Part shown: positions 1-12,300 of the stretch, in pieces
Layout of the letters: each line of letters begins with the position of its first letter
How positions within the stretch are numbered: the first letter of the stretch is position 1
Source of the DNA: Chiloscyllium plagiosum
Taxonomy: Eukaryota
Direction of reading: 5' to 3'
DNA length: 64,000 bases
Assembly: GCF_004010195.1 (NCBI RefSeq)
Contig: NC_057750.1
Coordinates: 16,431,241 to 16,495,240 of the forward strand
The notes under the pieces: generated by a model
What the model was told of the DNA's origin: nothing
The model's input: only the letters and a program-made list of their open reading frames with translations
Databases searched by the model: none
Program-made: the position numbers and the translations under genes

Positions 1-450
1 CCCCTTGGAATCTGGGCAAGGGCAACATTTTAGGCTCAGACCTGTGCCTATCTCTGGTAAAAGAAAAATTAAAAGCAATACGCACAGAGGCAGGAAAATA
101 CACCTATCTGCGAATATTGACAGCAATGTGCCACTGTTTGGAAATGTTAGGCAACATATGAACTATTAATTCTACAATCATCCAAAATCTGTTTGCAATG
201 GCGGGCTTATATTTTACACATTTGCCGCAGTCATTTCCAGTTAAAAAATCAATCTATTGTCTTACAAATTGTATTAAGCAATGTCAAAATAAGACAAAGA
301 AATTGGGAAATGGCCAGTATATTTCAGCAGAGCTATTTGGCAAAATGTATCTCGAATGTACAGGCCTTAAAATTATGCTGTTTATTTTTATTCTTTCATG
401 GGACATGGCTGTGACTGCCAGGTGCCCAACCCTAACTGTCTTTAAATTGT

Positions 451-730
451 TAACTAGAGGGTTTAAGGTGAGAGGGAAAGGTTTAGATTTAGACTTCCTG
501 AGGAATAACTTTTTCACGCAGAGGGTGATACATGTATGGATGCTGCCAGAGGAAGTGATAGAGGTGGGTACAATTATATTTGAAAGGCATCTGGATGGGT
601 ATATTAAAAAGAAGGGTTTAGAGGGATATAGGCCAAATGCTGGCAAGTGGGGCTAGGTCAATTTGGGATGTCTGCTTGGCATGGACGAGTTGGGCTGAAG
701 GGTCTATTTTCATGCTGTATGATTCTATGA
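451..730 (+). mobile_element. CR1 (HER1-like) LINE 3' fragment
   Basis: NFFTQRVIHVW..LPEEV...FERHLDGY plus the shared 3' UTR. Confidence 0.85.
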
Positions 731-2759
731 GTAGCTTGCAAGGCCAGTTCAGACAGCAGTTAAGAGTCAAACACATTGCTGCGGGCCTAGAGTCACATAT
801 TGGGCAGGTTGGGTAAGGACATTTGACTTCCTAAAGGACATTAGTGAGCCGGATGAGTTTTCACAATTGATGATAGTTCCATCGTCACTATTACTGAGAA
901 TAATTTTCAATTTCCAGTCTGCTTCTCCCATAATATTTGACCTTCTTGTACATTAGAAATCTATCTGAGCCTTGAATTTGCTCAGTTTTCTGCATATATA
1001 GTGCTGTTTTTAAAAAGCCTCAAATTCTCTCTTTTTGCTGTTCTTTCTGAGGTATGAAGTACCACATTTGTTCTGAGATTAATTAGCACTTCATCTATTC
1101 CCATTGCCCTGAGAGAATCTACAAATGAGAAATCAGAGGGACTCCCAGATGTTATGTCAGATCAGCCTGGGATATTGAGCCTTTGTGCTCTGCAGCTGTG
1201 GTGTTCTCTGCTGCCTTTGGCCCTGAGGGAGGGGTATCTCATATTCACCTTGGCTGCTTCATGGGAGTTAATCACTCCTGCTCGGTCCTCTACAGCCACC
1301 ATGTTGCTGAAATGTTGTGGACAAGGTGTCTCTGCAAAGACAAAGTGAACTACTTGACTGGATTATAGTTGCTTGTAGCAGTGGAATCTTATCTTCCTCC
1401 TCCATCTACCCTCCACCCACCTCCATGACTTACTTTGCTGGACATGATGAATATAATATGCACATAGCTATAATCACATGATACATTAACTCTATATACA
1501 CACATTTAAGCAAAACTTCCCTATTTTTACACTCTATTCCCTTTGACATAATGACCAACTGCACAGTTGCCTTCCCTAGCACCTGCTGAACTCGGATGCT
1601 AGCTTTTTGTTTTTGATTCATGCATGAGGACCCCCAAATTCTTTGGTGTTGTAGCTTTCTATAGTCATTCTCCATTTAAATAGTAGTCAGCTCCTCTATT
1701 CTTCCTACTGAAGTGAATAACTCCATATTTTCCCACATTATAGTCCATCTACCAAGTATTTACCCATTCTTGTAACCTGTCTATAGCTCTTCACTACATG
1801 TGGGAGAAAGTGAGAAACTACATGTGTCAACCTCACTACTTGTATTACTACAATATCTCTCCACAGACTTTCTGCTCTTGATTTATCCACAAAAAAACAA
1901 CTTTATGAACTAGAATAGATGTATTTTGTTATGTTATTGTTTCAGTGATGCCATGAATCTGAGTGACCTCCAATCCTCTGTCCAAACTATTCTCCCTTGA
2001 TGATAGGTCCTCCAGTTAGGGTCTAAGTATTATTTATCTCTGTTTGTACATCCGTTTCCATCTCAGAGTTCTTTCTTATTGCTAGTTAGGATAACCTGTG
2101 TTTTTTAAAAATCTATTGACTTCTGTATATCTCCCTCTACCCTTTCCCTACACTGACACATCCTGAACTAGTGCTGCTTTATATTAAGCACTTGCTGGGA
2201 AGATCAGCATTTAAAAATAATCCTGTTTGAGGAGATTTTTCACTTTGCTCCATTGTTTAATTGGTTAGAGGATGCTCGGTGCTTCTAGACACTCCCAGTA
2301 GCTGTTCTAGTTTCCGCAGTCCCATCTATCTTCACTGGGAAATCAAATAGATGTATCAGTGCCAGGCTGCAGGTTCCTCAGTGCCCAGCTCTGCCCCAGT
2401 GCCAGCTACTGACCCAAGCCACACAGTTGCAGCCTCACAGACTGACCCCTCCTCTTTTTTACCCCTTCACCATCCTCCCTCCTCTCCTCTGTGCTTTCCA
2501 TCTCGTCCCTTTACTCCACTTGCACTGACTCTCACCTCCCCTCTCTGTCAGTCCCTTCTCCTCTCTACCTCCTCTCTTCCCCCACCCTGTCTTTCACATT
2601 ATCTTTCAAAACAGACTGGCTTGTCACCATGTCTGACATTCAATGGAATGGGAATCACACCCATGACCATCACTATCCATGCCTTCACATGCTCCTGGCA
2701 TCTATAAAGGCCTCCGTACGTTTCTACACATCATACCTTAGAATGTATTTGTGCCCACC

Positions 2760-2920
2760 NNNNNNNNNNNNNNNNNNNNNNNNNNNNNNNNNNNNNNNNN
2801 NNNNNNNNNNNNNNNNNNNNNNNNNNNNNNNNNNNNNNNNNNNNNNNNNNNNNNNNNNNNNNNNNNNNNNNNNNNNNNNNNNNNNNNNNNNNNNNNNNNN
2901 NNNNNNNNNNNNNNNNNNNN
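2760..2920. other. Assembly gap
   Basis: N run. Confidence 1.
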
Positions 2921-5900
2921 AGCCAACTGTTAAGTGATGTTTCGTGTTCAGTGATACCCGCATTAACACTATTTGCTGGGCGATTTGAGAAGGTGCGGGT
3001 GGATTTGCAAAGGCTCCTGAATTCGGGGAATTGCCGCTCGGAATTTTCCAGTACAATCCTTCCCGCTCGTGGGAGTCAGGGGACCATTTGGGCAGAAGCC
3101 CATGTCCCGGGGCCAGGGGAAGGACCCAAACATTTGCTGACAGGATGTTAAAATACCGGAGGCGCTGATACTGAAACAGTGGATCGACAGGCTTAAAGCA
3201 CAAATGGTTATTTACAGGGGCCACCACTCACAGGAAGAAATGCATACCATCCGCAATAAACGGGCGAGACGCCGCAAGTGTTAAAAACTCATTAACAAAG
3301 CAATAATATAATTAAAGAAAATACAGCCTGGAGCCATTAGACAGAAAGAAACTACCATTTTCTCACTGCAAGCCTGAAATTTGCACTAACATTATAAATT
3401 TCAATAACTCCTCAGAATTAATCCGCTATTAACGTTACTTTGATTTTTTTTAATGAGAAATCTTCAGGGTGAAATATAACGGTGTGCAGTCATGTATTCT
3501 GCCCTACATTCGTAACAAGATTATTTGTAAATAGCTACCTGTCGGTGCCAACTTCATTAAACATATAACAGTTTTGAGCCCTCTCTCGTATCCTGTGTAC
3601 GTGTTTTCATTGTCTGTTGGAATCCCGCTTTAAATAAAATCCTCTGCCTGTCAATCCATTAACTATGATTAGATATTCCATAGTTGGAAATGTGAAATTT
3701 TAAGCTTTTTTTTAGAGAAAGAAGCCGTCAGTTCTATTATTCTTACACCGTAACCTCCCGCCCACAAATAGGTGCGGGTCCAGGTGCAATGAACATCTCA
3801 CCGCTTCTGAAATGGACTGTATGTCCCAATGTTGTCTCAAAAAAAAGGCAGCAGTTGGCCTATTTGGGCTGAATACCCCCCTCCCCCCGACTTCTGCTTG
3901 GACACGTGGAGCCCATCTCCTGGGCTGAGATGCGAGACAGAGATAACCCCCCCCCCAATCAGTCCATGGAAATATGTGAAGCAGAGCGGCAGATGAGGCA
4001 CGCGTCTGCCTCATTACAATGACAATGCCAGAGGGGCCGAGAGGGAGAGAGAGAGGGAGAGGGAGAGCAACAGTTTGCAAATCTGCTCCCTCTGTCATGT
4101 CCCAGTCTATCTGACGGAACATGTGGCGACCACCAAACGCTCCCCCTCCCATTCAAAAAAAACACCATGCCAGAATCAATAATTCTTTAAGACTCCGTTC
4201 CGAACGTCAAAGATTTAGTCAAGTCTTAAAGCTGGCGATACCAACACATTCAAGAAAAACAAAAGACACCTTCGAAAATTGCTCAAATTGTGGTTCATTT
4301 AACAAGTCGACTTTCAAAAGTTAAATTGTTTCTTCCGATATATTGGAGTAATTCAGTCTCGTGTCGATTTGTTTACGGGATATTTTCCCAGGGCTTTGAT
4401 TAAATTCCCTCTTTCCCCTTCACTTTCCAGAAAGTTGGGATGAGGGGAGTACTGTTCGGGATAAATCGCTCCCAGAGAGGTTTAGAGTGAGATGAAATAC
4501 CTTAAGCAGTGAAAGAAACGTTAAAACGAATCAGTTGGGGGATACAGGTACTTTTGGGATGTTTGAGAAGCTGGTGGTGGAACACCATCCTCTGAGGTCA
4601 GATACGTGTTCAACATCCCATTGTTTCCAGCCTGATGCTTGAAAGTTTTGAAATCATTTATAGAGAGAGAGAGAAAAATTGCTATGGGGAAGAGCAGGGT
4701 CTATTTGAGGAGAGTGTGTAAGTGGTGGTGAGGGGAGAGGGCCAGGCAGATGGCTGGCCTCCTGTTTGAATCGCTGCTCATTGCCACAGGCTGATAAACC
4801 CTTTTCCGTATTTCCGAGCAGGTTTGGCTCCAAGCGAGCTGGACTCGGAACGGCCTAGCCACCCACTTGTGCCAGGAGAGGACAAATCCAACAGCATCTC
4901 CCCAGCAAAAGTAAAACACAGTTTTTTGAAACGAATCGAGCAGACAGGTGAAGAGGGGCGGGGGTCTGTAACACTGAGACTCGTTCCAATGTGCGGGCCG
5001 ATGCGTTGCAATGTTGTTAAATCGGCGCAGATGCTAAAGGCGATGTTCGGACACACTACAGGGTTTGATGAGGGTGGCAGAGGGAGGGAGAGGAGTCTGC
5101 CAGAGAAAGAACTGTTTATTCCTTGGATGGGGCAGGTGTTTCAGGATTAACATACAGCTGACTCGGGGCAGGAGCATGACAATTACCTAAACTACCAACC
5201 CCCACCCTCTCCTCCCTCCCTCTAGAGACACAAAAATACCCCTAGTGTCCCCACAATAATCCCCCTCTCAACAAAACACACACACAGGCAGTGGGGCGGA
5301 ATCAGGGGACACGCGTCTCAACAATCCACTTGATTTTTTTTCTAAACCACCTCGCTTATCCTCTGGACAAAAAAAAAACCCGAGTCACACGCGTCAGCTT
5401 TGAACAGATTACAGGGAAAAGTCAAAGAAAAGCTCTTTAAAATAAACAAGTGATTTATCTCAGTTTGCGCATAACTGAGATCTGGTTCAATTTTGGTGCA
5501 GGCGCCTTTTATTAAGGTTTGAAAGATTTCGTCCCTAAATCTGAGATTTACCCCCGATTTATCAGATCATGGGAAACGAATTTCGATGATTGTGAAAAAA
5601 AATCTTGAATTCGTCCGCACAAATAAAAAGGTTGACACGAAAATGACTGGCGGTCGCTGTTAAAATGATCAATGATGGAAATGATAATTATTTGAATTTG
5701 CTAAAACGTAAATATTGAGGTGCAGAGATACAAAGGTTGTGGAGAATAAGGGAAACCTGTTTGCAAGTGGAACAGTTTTCGACAAAATTAATGCAATATG
5801 TCAGCTACTGGACTGAAGCAATTTAAACAAACTGCATCAGTCAGAACAAAAAGTTTCAGGATGTAACGTTATGCTACTTCACTGCTTGCTTTTATTCTCT

Positions 5901-6011
5901 GTCTCTCCTGGACCCATTTGCTCGCTCTGAAGGTGTCAGGAGCTTTTGTCGACTGGGATCAGAGAGGCCCCTTGTCACTGTGATTGACGGAAACTCAACA
6001 CACCGCGGAAG
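2921..6011. promoter_or_regulatory. Repeat-free, relatively CpG-rich upstream regulatory region of dlc
   Basis: No recognisable TE over about 3 kb; CACGCG/CACGTG/CTCGTG, CTTTGA(T/A), AGGTGTCA and GC-box motifs. Confidence 0.55.
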
Positions 6012-6020
6012 TATATAAAG
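6012..6020 (+). promoter_or_regulatory. TATA box of dlc
   Basis: TATATAAAG about 300 nt upstream of the ATG, in repeat-free sequence. Confidence 0.6.
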
Positions 6021-6312
6021 GCGAAAAAACTGAACTGAGCTTCATTCATACACAGCAGAGAGAGAGAGAGAAAGAAGCTTATGTTAGTTCCCGGAGTCAG
6101 CAACAGGACGAAAAGAGGGAATTTCAATTTTTTTTTAAAAAAGCGCAAGAAATATCAGGAAGAGAAGACGAGTCTCATTTTCTAGACGCTTTGGAGTATT
6201 CCTTAATAAAATCAGTGTGTGTGTGTTATTTTCTCTAAATCCCAGACCGCTTTGGATATTATTTCCCTGTCTCCTGCCTACCATCGTTGGACGCTCGGGA
6301 TTTTCAGTCAGG

Positions 6313-6363
6313 ATGGTTTCAACCCTGCTGTTTTGCATCGTTTGTCTGCTGCCTTTTGCCCAG
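6313..6363 (+). CDS. dlc: dlc exon 1 coding part (signal peptide [17 protein letters not shown])
   Basis: aggATGg Kozak context, hydrophobic leader, donor CAG|gtaagt at 6364. Confidence 0.9.
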
Positions 6364-9300
6364 GTAAGTCAATCACCTGATTGATTCCACCTCTGTGTTT
6401 GTGACTTGCCCATGTCTCTTGCCTTCTCCCCCTCTCCGTTTTAACGTGTCATTTTTTTTCTCTCTTTTCTCCCCGTCCTTGTTTCTCTTCTTCTGTTCCC
6501 CCCCCCCCCCCAGATCTCCTCGACTGGTATTTTTGAGCTGAAGGTCCACTCGTTCAGCAGCCGCCAGCCGGAATTGGCTCAGGGCTGCCAGAGGGAGCGG
6601 GCGTGTGGCCGCTTCTTCCGGGTGTGCCTCAAGCATTACCAGGTGAACATCTCTTCGGAACCCCCCTGCACGTACGGCGCTGGTACCACCCCGGTACTGA
6701 GACCAGGCAGCGACTCGGTGCGGGACAGCGAACCCATCCGCATCCCCTTCCACTTCACCTGGCCGGCAAGTATCAAAAATTCCAAACATGAAAAGGGACC
6801 GGTTTGGGAGGGGACGACTTCTGCAAATTATTGGTTGCAAAGAAAGTAATAAAACCGAAATTATTTTAGGCGGAAAAATTAAAATGTTTGAAATTGTTTT
6901 TGTTAAGTAAGTAGGATTGGGAAGCTTTTATTTCAGAGAAATTAGTTTCAAATTGCAACTTTTATTTGCAAAGTTATGTGTGTGCAGAAGATGCAACTTT
7001 GTTTTAGCAATTATTGTGATGTACATGACTCTGTGTGTGTGTGGGGGGGGAATATTTTGTTCTGAATTACCTGTGTTAAGGTGAGAATTTTTTTTCTCTG
7101 TCTCTGTAGGGCACTTTCTCGCTCATTATCGAGGTTTGGAATGCAGAATCCGACGAGACCAGTATTGGTAATCTCAGTTCTGAATCTTTATACTAGAGGG
7201 CGCAGTGTATTGAAAAATAAAATAGTAGCCAGCGATGTATTTAACTCCAGTGGACTGCTGCTGGTGGGCAATGTAATGTTTGATCAGCAATACCCCACAC
7301 TCACTCCCTCTTTATTAAAAGTCACACAACACCAGGCATCTCCAAATCATCGCTCTTTATTCTCCGCCTCCCCCCTCCCCTCTGCAGATGACCCCCGGAA
7401 TCTGATCAGCCGCCTGGCCACCGGCCGCCGCTTGGCCATTGGGGAAGACTGGTCACAGGATGTGCAGGCCGGCGGCCTCAGTGAGCTGCGATACTCCTAC
7501 CATGTGGTCTGTGAGGAGCATTACTACGGAGAGGGCTGCTCTGACTACTGCCGGCCCCGGGACGATACCTTCGGGCACTTCAGCTGTGATGAGAGCGGCC
7601 GCAGAGTCTGCCTGGCCGGCTGGAAAGGCAGCTACTGCTCGGAACGTAAGACTGGACACACCCCCAGCCCCAGGGGAACGCTCCCCACCCCCCTTCTCTC
7701 TCTCTCTATAGCCGATAGTTCTGATTTGTCTTAGATTGAGTTGGGAGCATAAGGGCTATTCATGTAAATCAAACAATAAGTTTCCTTTTTTTATGAAAAA
7801 AATCAAATTGTTGCAAATGACATTTGGATACTTATTAAAATATCATTTGAAGTATTTCGCTTTATCCATTCGAAGTGAGATTCTTTGTAACTGTCATCCC
7901 TGTTTTTAAAATTCGTTGGCAAGGCGGACCTTTGATATTTAAGATTAAATTTAGCTCCAAGTTGTGTTTGGAAAATAACAATAATGTATTGGAGATCTGA
8001 AATATTTTTAAAAAACTGGAGAAATTCAGCAGTAATCGGCAGGGAGAGAAACAGGGTTTATGTTTTCAGTCCTACATGACTTTTCCTCGTGTTCGAAAAA
8101 GGTCATACTTGAAGTGTTAAATCTGCTCCTCTTTCTCTCCAAAGATGCTGCGAGGACCTGCTGAGTTTCTCCGGCGATTTCTGTTCGGGTTTGGGAAACG
8201 TTAATGATGGGTTTGTGGGAAGTTGGGACGATAGAATGGGTGCAGGAGGGGGTGAATCGATTTGAAAGCAAGCATATGGTAGGCCTGGTTAACTTGCTCA
8301 AGTGTGTTAACACAGACCCAACCCTCCTCTTGTTGGGCTACACAAAGCCATCTGACAGCCGGCAGCTGAGGAATAAAATTTGAATAAATTTCAGCACTTC
8401 TGAAAGGGTCTTATTGCACAGGGAAACACGCGAGTGGAAGGATATGTTGCCATAGAAACTTAACTCCTCAGTCGCAGTTGTTAGCACAGGGGCTTTGACT
8501 TTGCTTCGGTGTCTCTCTTGTTTAAGGTCTTTTATTATTCTCTGTTACTCAGTGTCCACACACACAGAGGGAGAGAGTGGGTTTAATAGGGACACGCGTC
8601 CCAAAGTCTTTACACTTGCAGGCAGTCAGACAGCTACCATGTGCTGTTATTGTTCAGGATCACTGTCTGGGTGGTGCCAGCTGCCCTTAAAATGCCAAAG
8701 AACTTGACAAGTAATGCATTTATGTGTCTCTGTGTTTAAAAAGTTATCTTCTTTTTCTCTCTCCCTTACCTGCTGCAACAAAAAAATGTTTCACAGCGAT
8801 TTGTTTGCCGCAGTGCAACGATAATTACGGATACTGTGAAAGACCAGGGGAATGCAAGTGAGTTAAGATTGAATTGGTAACTTTCTCTTTATTTAACTAA
8901 AAACAAATTAGTCTTGGGGTGTGGACATCACAGGCAAGTCCAGCATTTACAGCCTATCCCTAATAGCCCTCAACTTGATACAACTGATTGACTTTCTGGG
9001 TACATTCAGGGGGCAGTTAAAGTGGCAACCACGCACGGTTTGGGACTGGAGTCATAGATGAGCCCAGATTGGGGTAAGGATGACTGATTTCCTTTCCTGA
9101 AAGACATGAGTGAACAGTTTTCCTGGGTGCAGCCTAACAACGGCATGATCAGTTTTGCTGATTTTTCAACTTCCAAATGTTTAAGATGGAATTCAGATTC
9201 ATGAAACACAGAATCAAAGAATTGTTACAGCAGAAGAGGCTGTTTGGCCCAATGTGTCTGCAATGGTTCTCTGAATGAGCATTATGACTTTTTCCCTTCT

Positions 9301-12300
9301 TCTCCCTTTTCCCCACCGTGTTTTTCTCTTAATTAAATAAACATCTAATACTGTCTTTGACTCAAACTCTGAGTCTACCCCCACCACAATCCTATACAAT
9401 ATGTTCAACACCACAACTACTGGCTGTGTGAAAATGTTTTCTCTCGTCTCATACTTGCTTTCCCTAACTTACTCTGTCCAGACCCCTTATGATTTTTAAA
9501 CATCTATCAAATCTCCTTTTAGACACCTCTCCGCAGCAAACAATCTCAACTTCTCCAATCGCTCTTCACAACTGAAGTTTCTCAAGTCTAGAACTATTCT
9601 CATAAACTTCTGCACTTCCTTCTATATGTTTACATCCTTCCTGTATGTGGTACTCACAAATGTTCACAATACCCCAACTGAGGTCTAACCAGTGTCTTAT
9701 ACAATTCATTCTCTGGATCATAAATCCAGTTTACAAATCAACCTAAGCATTAAGTCACCCTAGTCTTGTTGGAAGACATGATATATCCTCCTTAAAGCTG
9801 TACAGGTTTTAACAGTGCCCTTCATACTTCACATTATTCTTCACCAGTGATGGTGTATTTCCAATTTTTAAGAAAAATGTTTCTTTATCGTACTGCCATG
9901 TTCCCTAAACTGGTTAGATATTGCTTTAATTTTTTAATAGTTCTAAAATAATGTTGTTTATTTTGCTTTCAGGTGTCGTATTGGTTGGCAGGGCCGTTTC
10001 TGCGATCAGTGTATTCATTACCCAGGTTGTCTTCATGGCACATGCCAACAGCCTTGGCAGTGCAATTGCCAGGAGGGCTGGGGTGGCCTCTTCTGCAACC
10101 AGGATCTCAACTACTGCACCAACCACAAGCCGTGCAAGAATGGAGCCACGTGTACCAACACTGGTCAAGGCAGCTACACCTGCACCTGCAAACCTGGTTT
10201 CGGTGGGACCAACTGTGAGACTGAAGTCAATGAGTGTGAGAGCAATCCTTGTAAAAATGGAGGGAGCTGCACGGTATGTGTCCATTGAAAGAGTTCTCAC
10301 TCTCTCTGGTTCAGTGTTCAATCTTCCCCCATAATTAATTCCTTTGATTTGTTTTTTATCCCCCCTTCAGTTCTGTTAATTCTCCCTAATATGCTGTGAT
10401 GTTGTTTGAAAACACACCCTCATTGTCACTTTGCTGTTCACGGAAGCTTGCTTTCTGCAAATTAGCTGCCACATTTGTCTACATTACTACAATGACTAGA
10501 TTCCCACTTCATTTTGCTGTGAAGTGTTATGAGCTATTCTGAGGTTCTGAAAGCTTATGGAAATGCAAGTGTACCTTTCCTTTTGCTATGACCACATCTG
10601 ATATAATTCCTTACTAGGCATGCAATAGTTCAGTATTTGACTCCCTTTTCTCTAGTACTGGACTCCCACAGTTTGCAACTGATCTCAGTGCAAGTCTAGT
10701 TCTGGGTTTCCACTAAGCATAAGTCATGAAGGGTCTCTTGAAGACACATTGAGGTTTTGGTTAGTTAAGGTCAGGGAAAGTCTAACTTTAACCTTCAACA
10801 ATTCAGACTTGAGATTGAAGCTGGATAGTGATACCGTTGTCATCCACACCCCTGGTAGAATGAGGGCAACCTTGGCCATGGTCATCTTGGCTCAATCACT
10901 GTTTTCTGAAAATAGGGGTGTGGATGTCAGATTAGGTTGCATCAAACTGTTCATGTAGTCAAACCTCACCAAGGTGTTAAGAGTTTGATTGTCACCTGTG
11001 GAACTGAACATGTGCTTGCAGGAAGTGAAACGAAACTTCATATTCTATGTATGTCTTTACATATATAGAAGCAAAGATGCTTCCATATATCCAGGTTTAG
11101 AAGCAAAGATGCAATGGCACATCTTTTAAAAAAACAAATGGCTCACAGTAACTTCATATATCCTAGTGAGAAAGAAGGATTCGAAGAAAAGGATAAGCTA
11201 TGGTTGACCATGGAAGTTAAGGTTATGATCAAATTGAAAGACAATATATGTAATGTGGCAAAGAGTAGTGGTAAACCACAAGTTTGGGAAAGATTACCAA
11301 AAAAAGAGAGAAGATAATCTTTGGTGGGCGGCACGGTGGCACAGTGGTTAGCACTGCTGCCTCACAGCGGCAGAGACCCGGGTTCAATTCCCGACTCGGG
11401 TGTGGAGTTTGCACATTCTCCCCGTGACTGCGTGGGTTTCCTCCGGGTGCTCCGGTTTCCTCCCACAATCCAAAGATGTGCAGGTCAGGTGAATTGGCCA
11501 TGCTAAATTGCCCGTAGTGTTAGGTAAAGGGGTAAATGTAGGGGAATGAGTGGGTTGCGCTTCGGCGGGTCGGTGTGGACTTGTTGGGCCGAAGGGCCTG
11601 TTTCCACACTGTAAGTAATGTAATGTAATGTAATATGTAGCTTGGCTTTTGCCACTCTGGCTGAAATCAGGCAACTCAGCATATCAGAGCTCAAACTCAA
11701 ACCTTGGGCTTTCTGATTGACATATTAATGACCACAAGTTTCACAGGAAGCCAAAGCCTTTTTTCTCCTCTTGAAATGCAATTTGGTTGACTGATTGGCA
11801 ATCCTGGTTTGCCCACCAACTCCCAGATGAGATCAGAAGATAAAGTCAATTACCTTATAAAATAAATGAACTGTTATCAAGTTAAAAAGCAAATTATTTC
11901 TTTATTTCTGGCAAGTTATTTTAGTTTGACAAAATCTACATTTCTTGTGTCCACATTCTCCAGTGAAATTTTTTCGTTAGGCGTCAGGAAGATCAATAAC
12001 TCGACCTCCACCTTCATCACTGATTCCATCCCCTTTCTGGCCTCTGCTTCTCTTGGAATTCACTTCTCTGAAGTTAAAAACCACACAACACTAGGTTACA
12101 GTCCAACAGGTTTATTTGGAAGCACGAGCTGTCGGAGCGCTGCTCCTTCATCAGGTGGTTGTGGAGAATAAGATCATAAGACACAGAATTTATAGCAAAA
12201 GTTTACAGTGTGATGTAACTGAAATTATATATTGAAAAAGACCTGGATAGTTTGTTAGGTCTGTCATCTTTTAAAATGAACATGTTGGTTTCAGTTCGTT

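Noticed and set aside
7081-7734. 217-aa ORF as a single exon
   Set aside because: Only 7388-7645 is coding in that frame; the rest is intron or out-of-frame exon 3.
9926-10334. Antisense and shifted-frame ORFs over dlc exons (also 6373-6840 and 23073-23584)
   Set aside because: Expected shadows of the real coding exons.
11326-11400. tRNA gene
   Set aside because: It is the tRNA-derived head of a SINE and continues into the SINE body and LINE-like tail.
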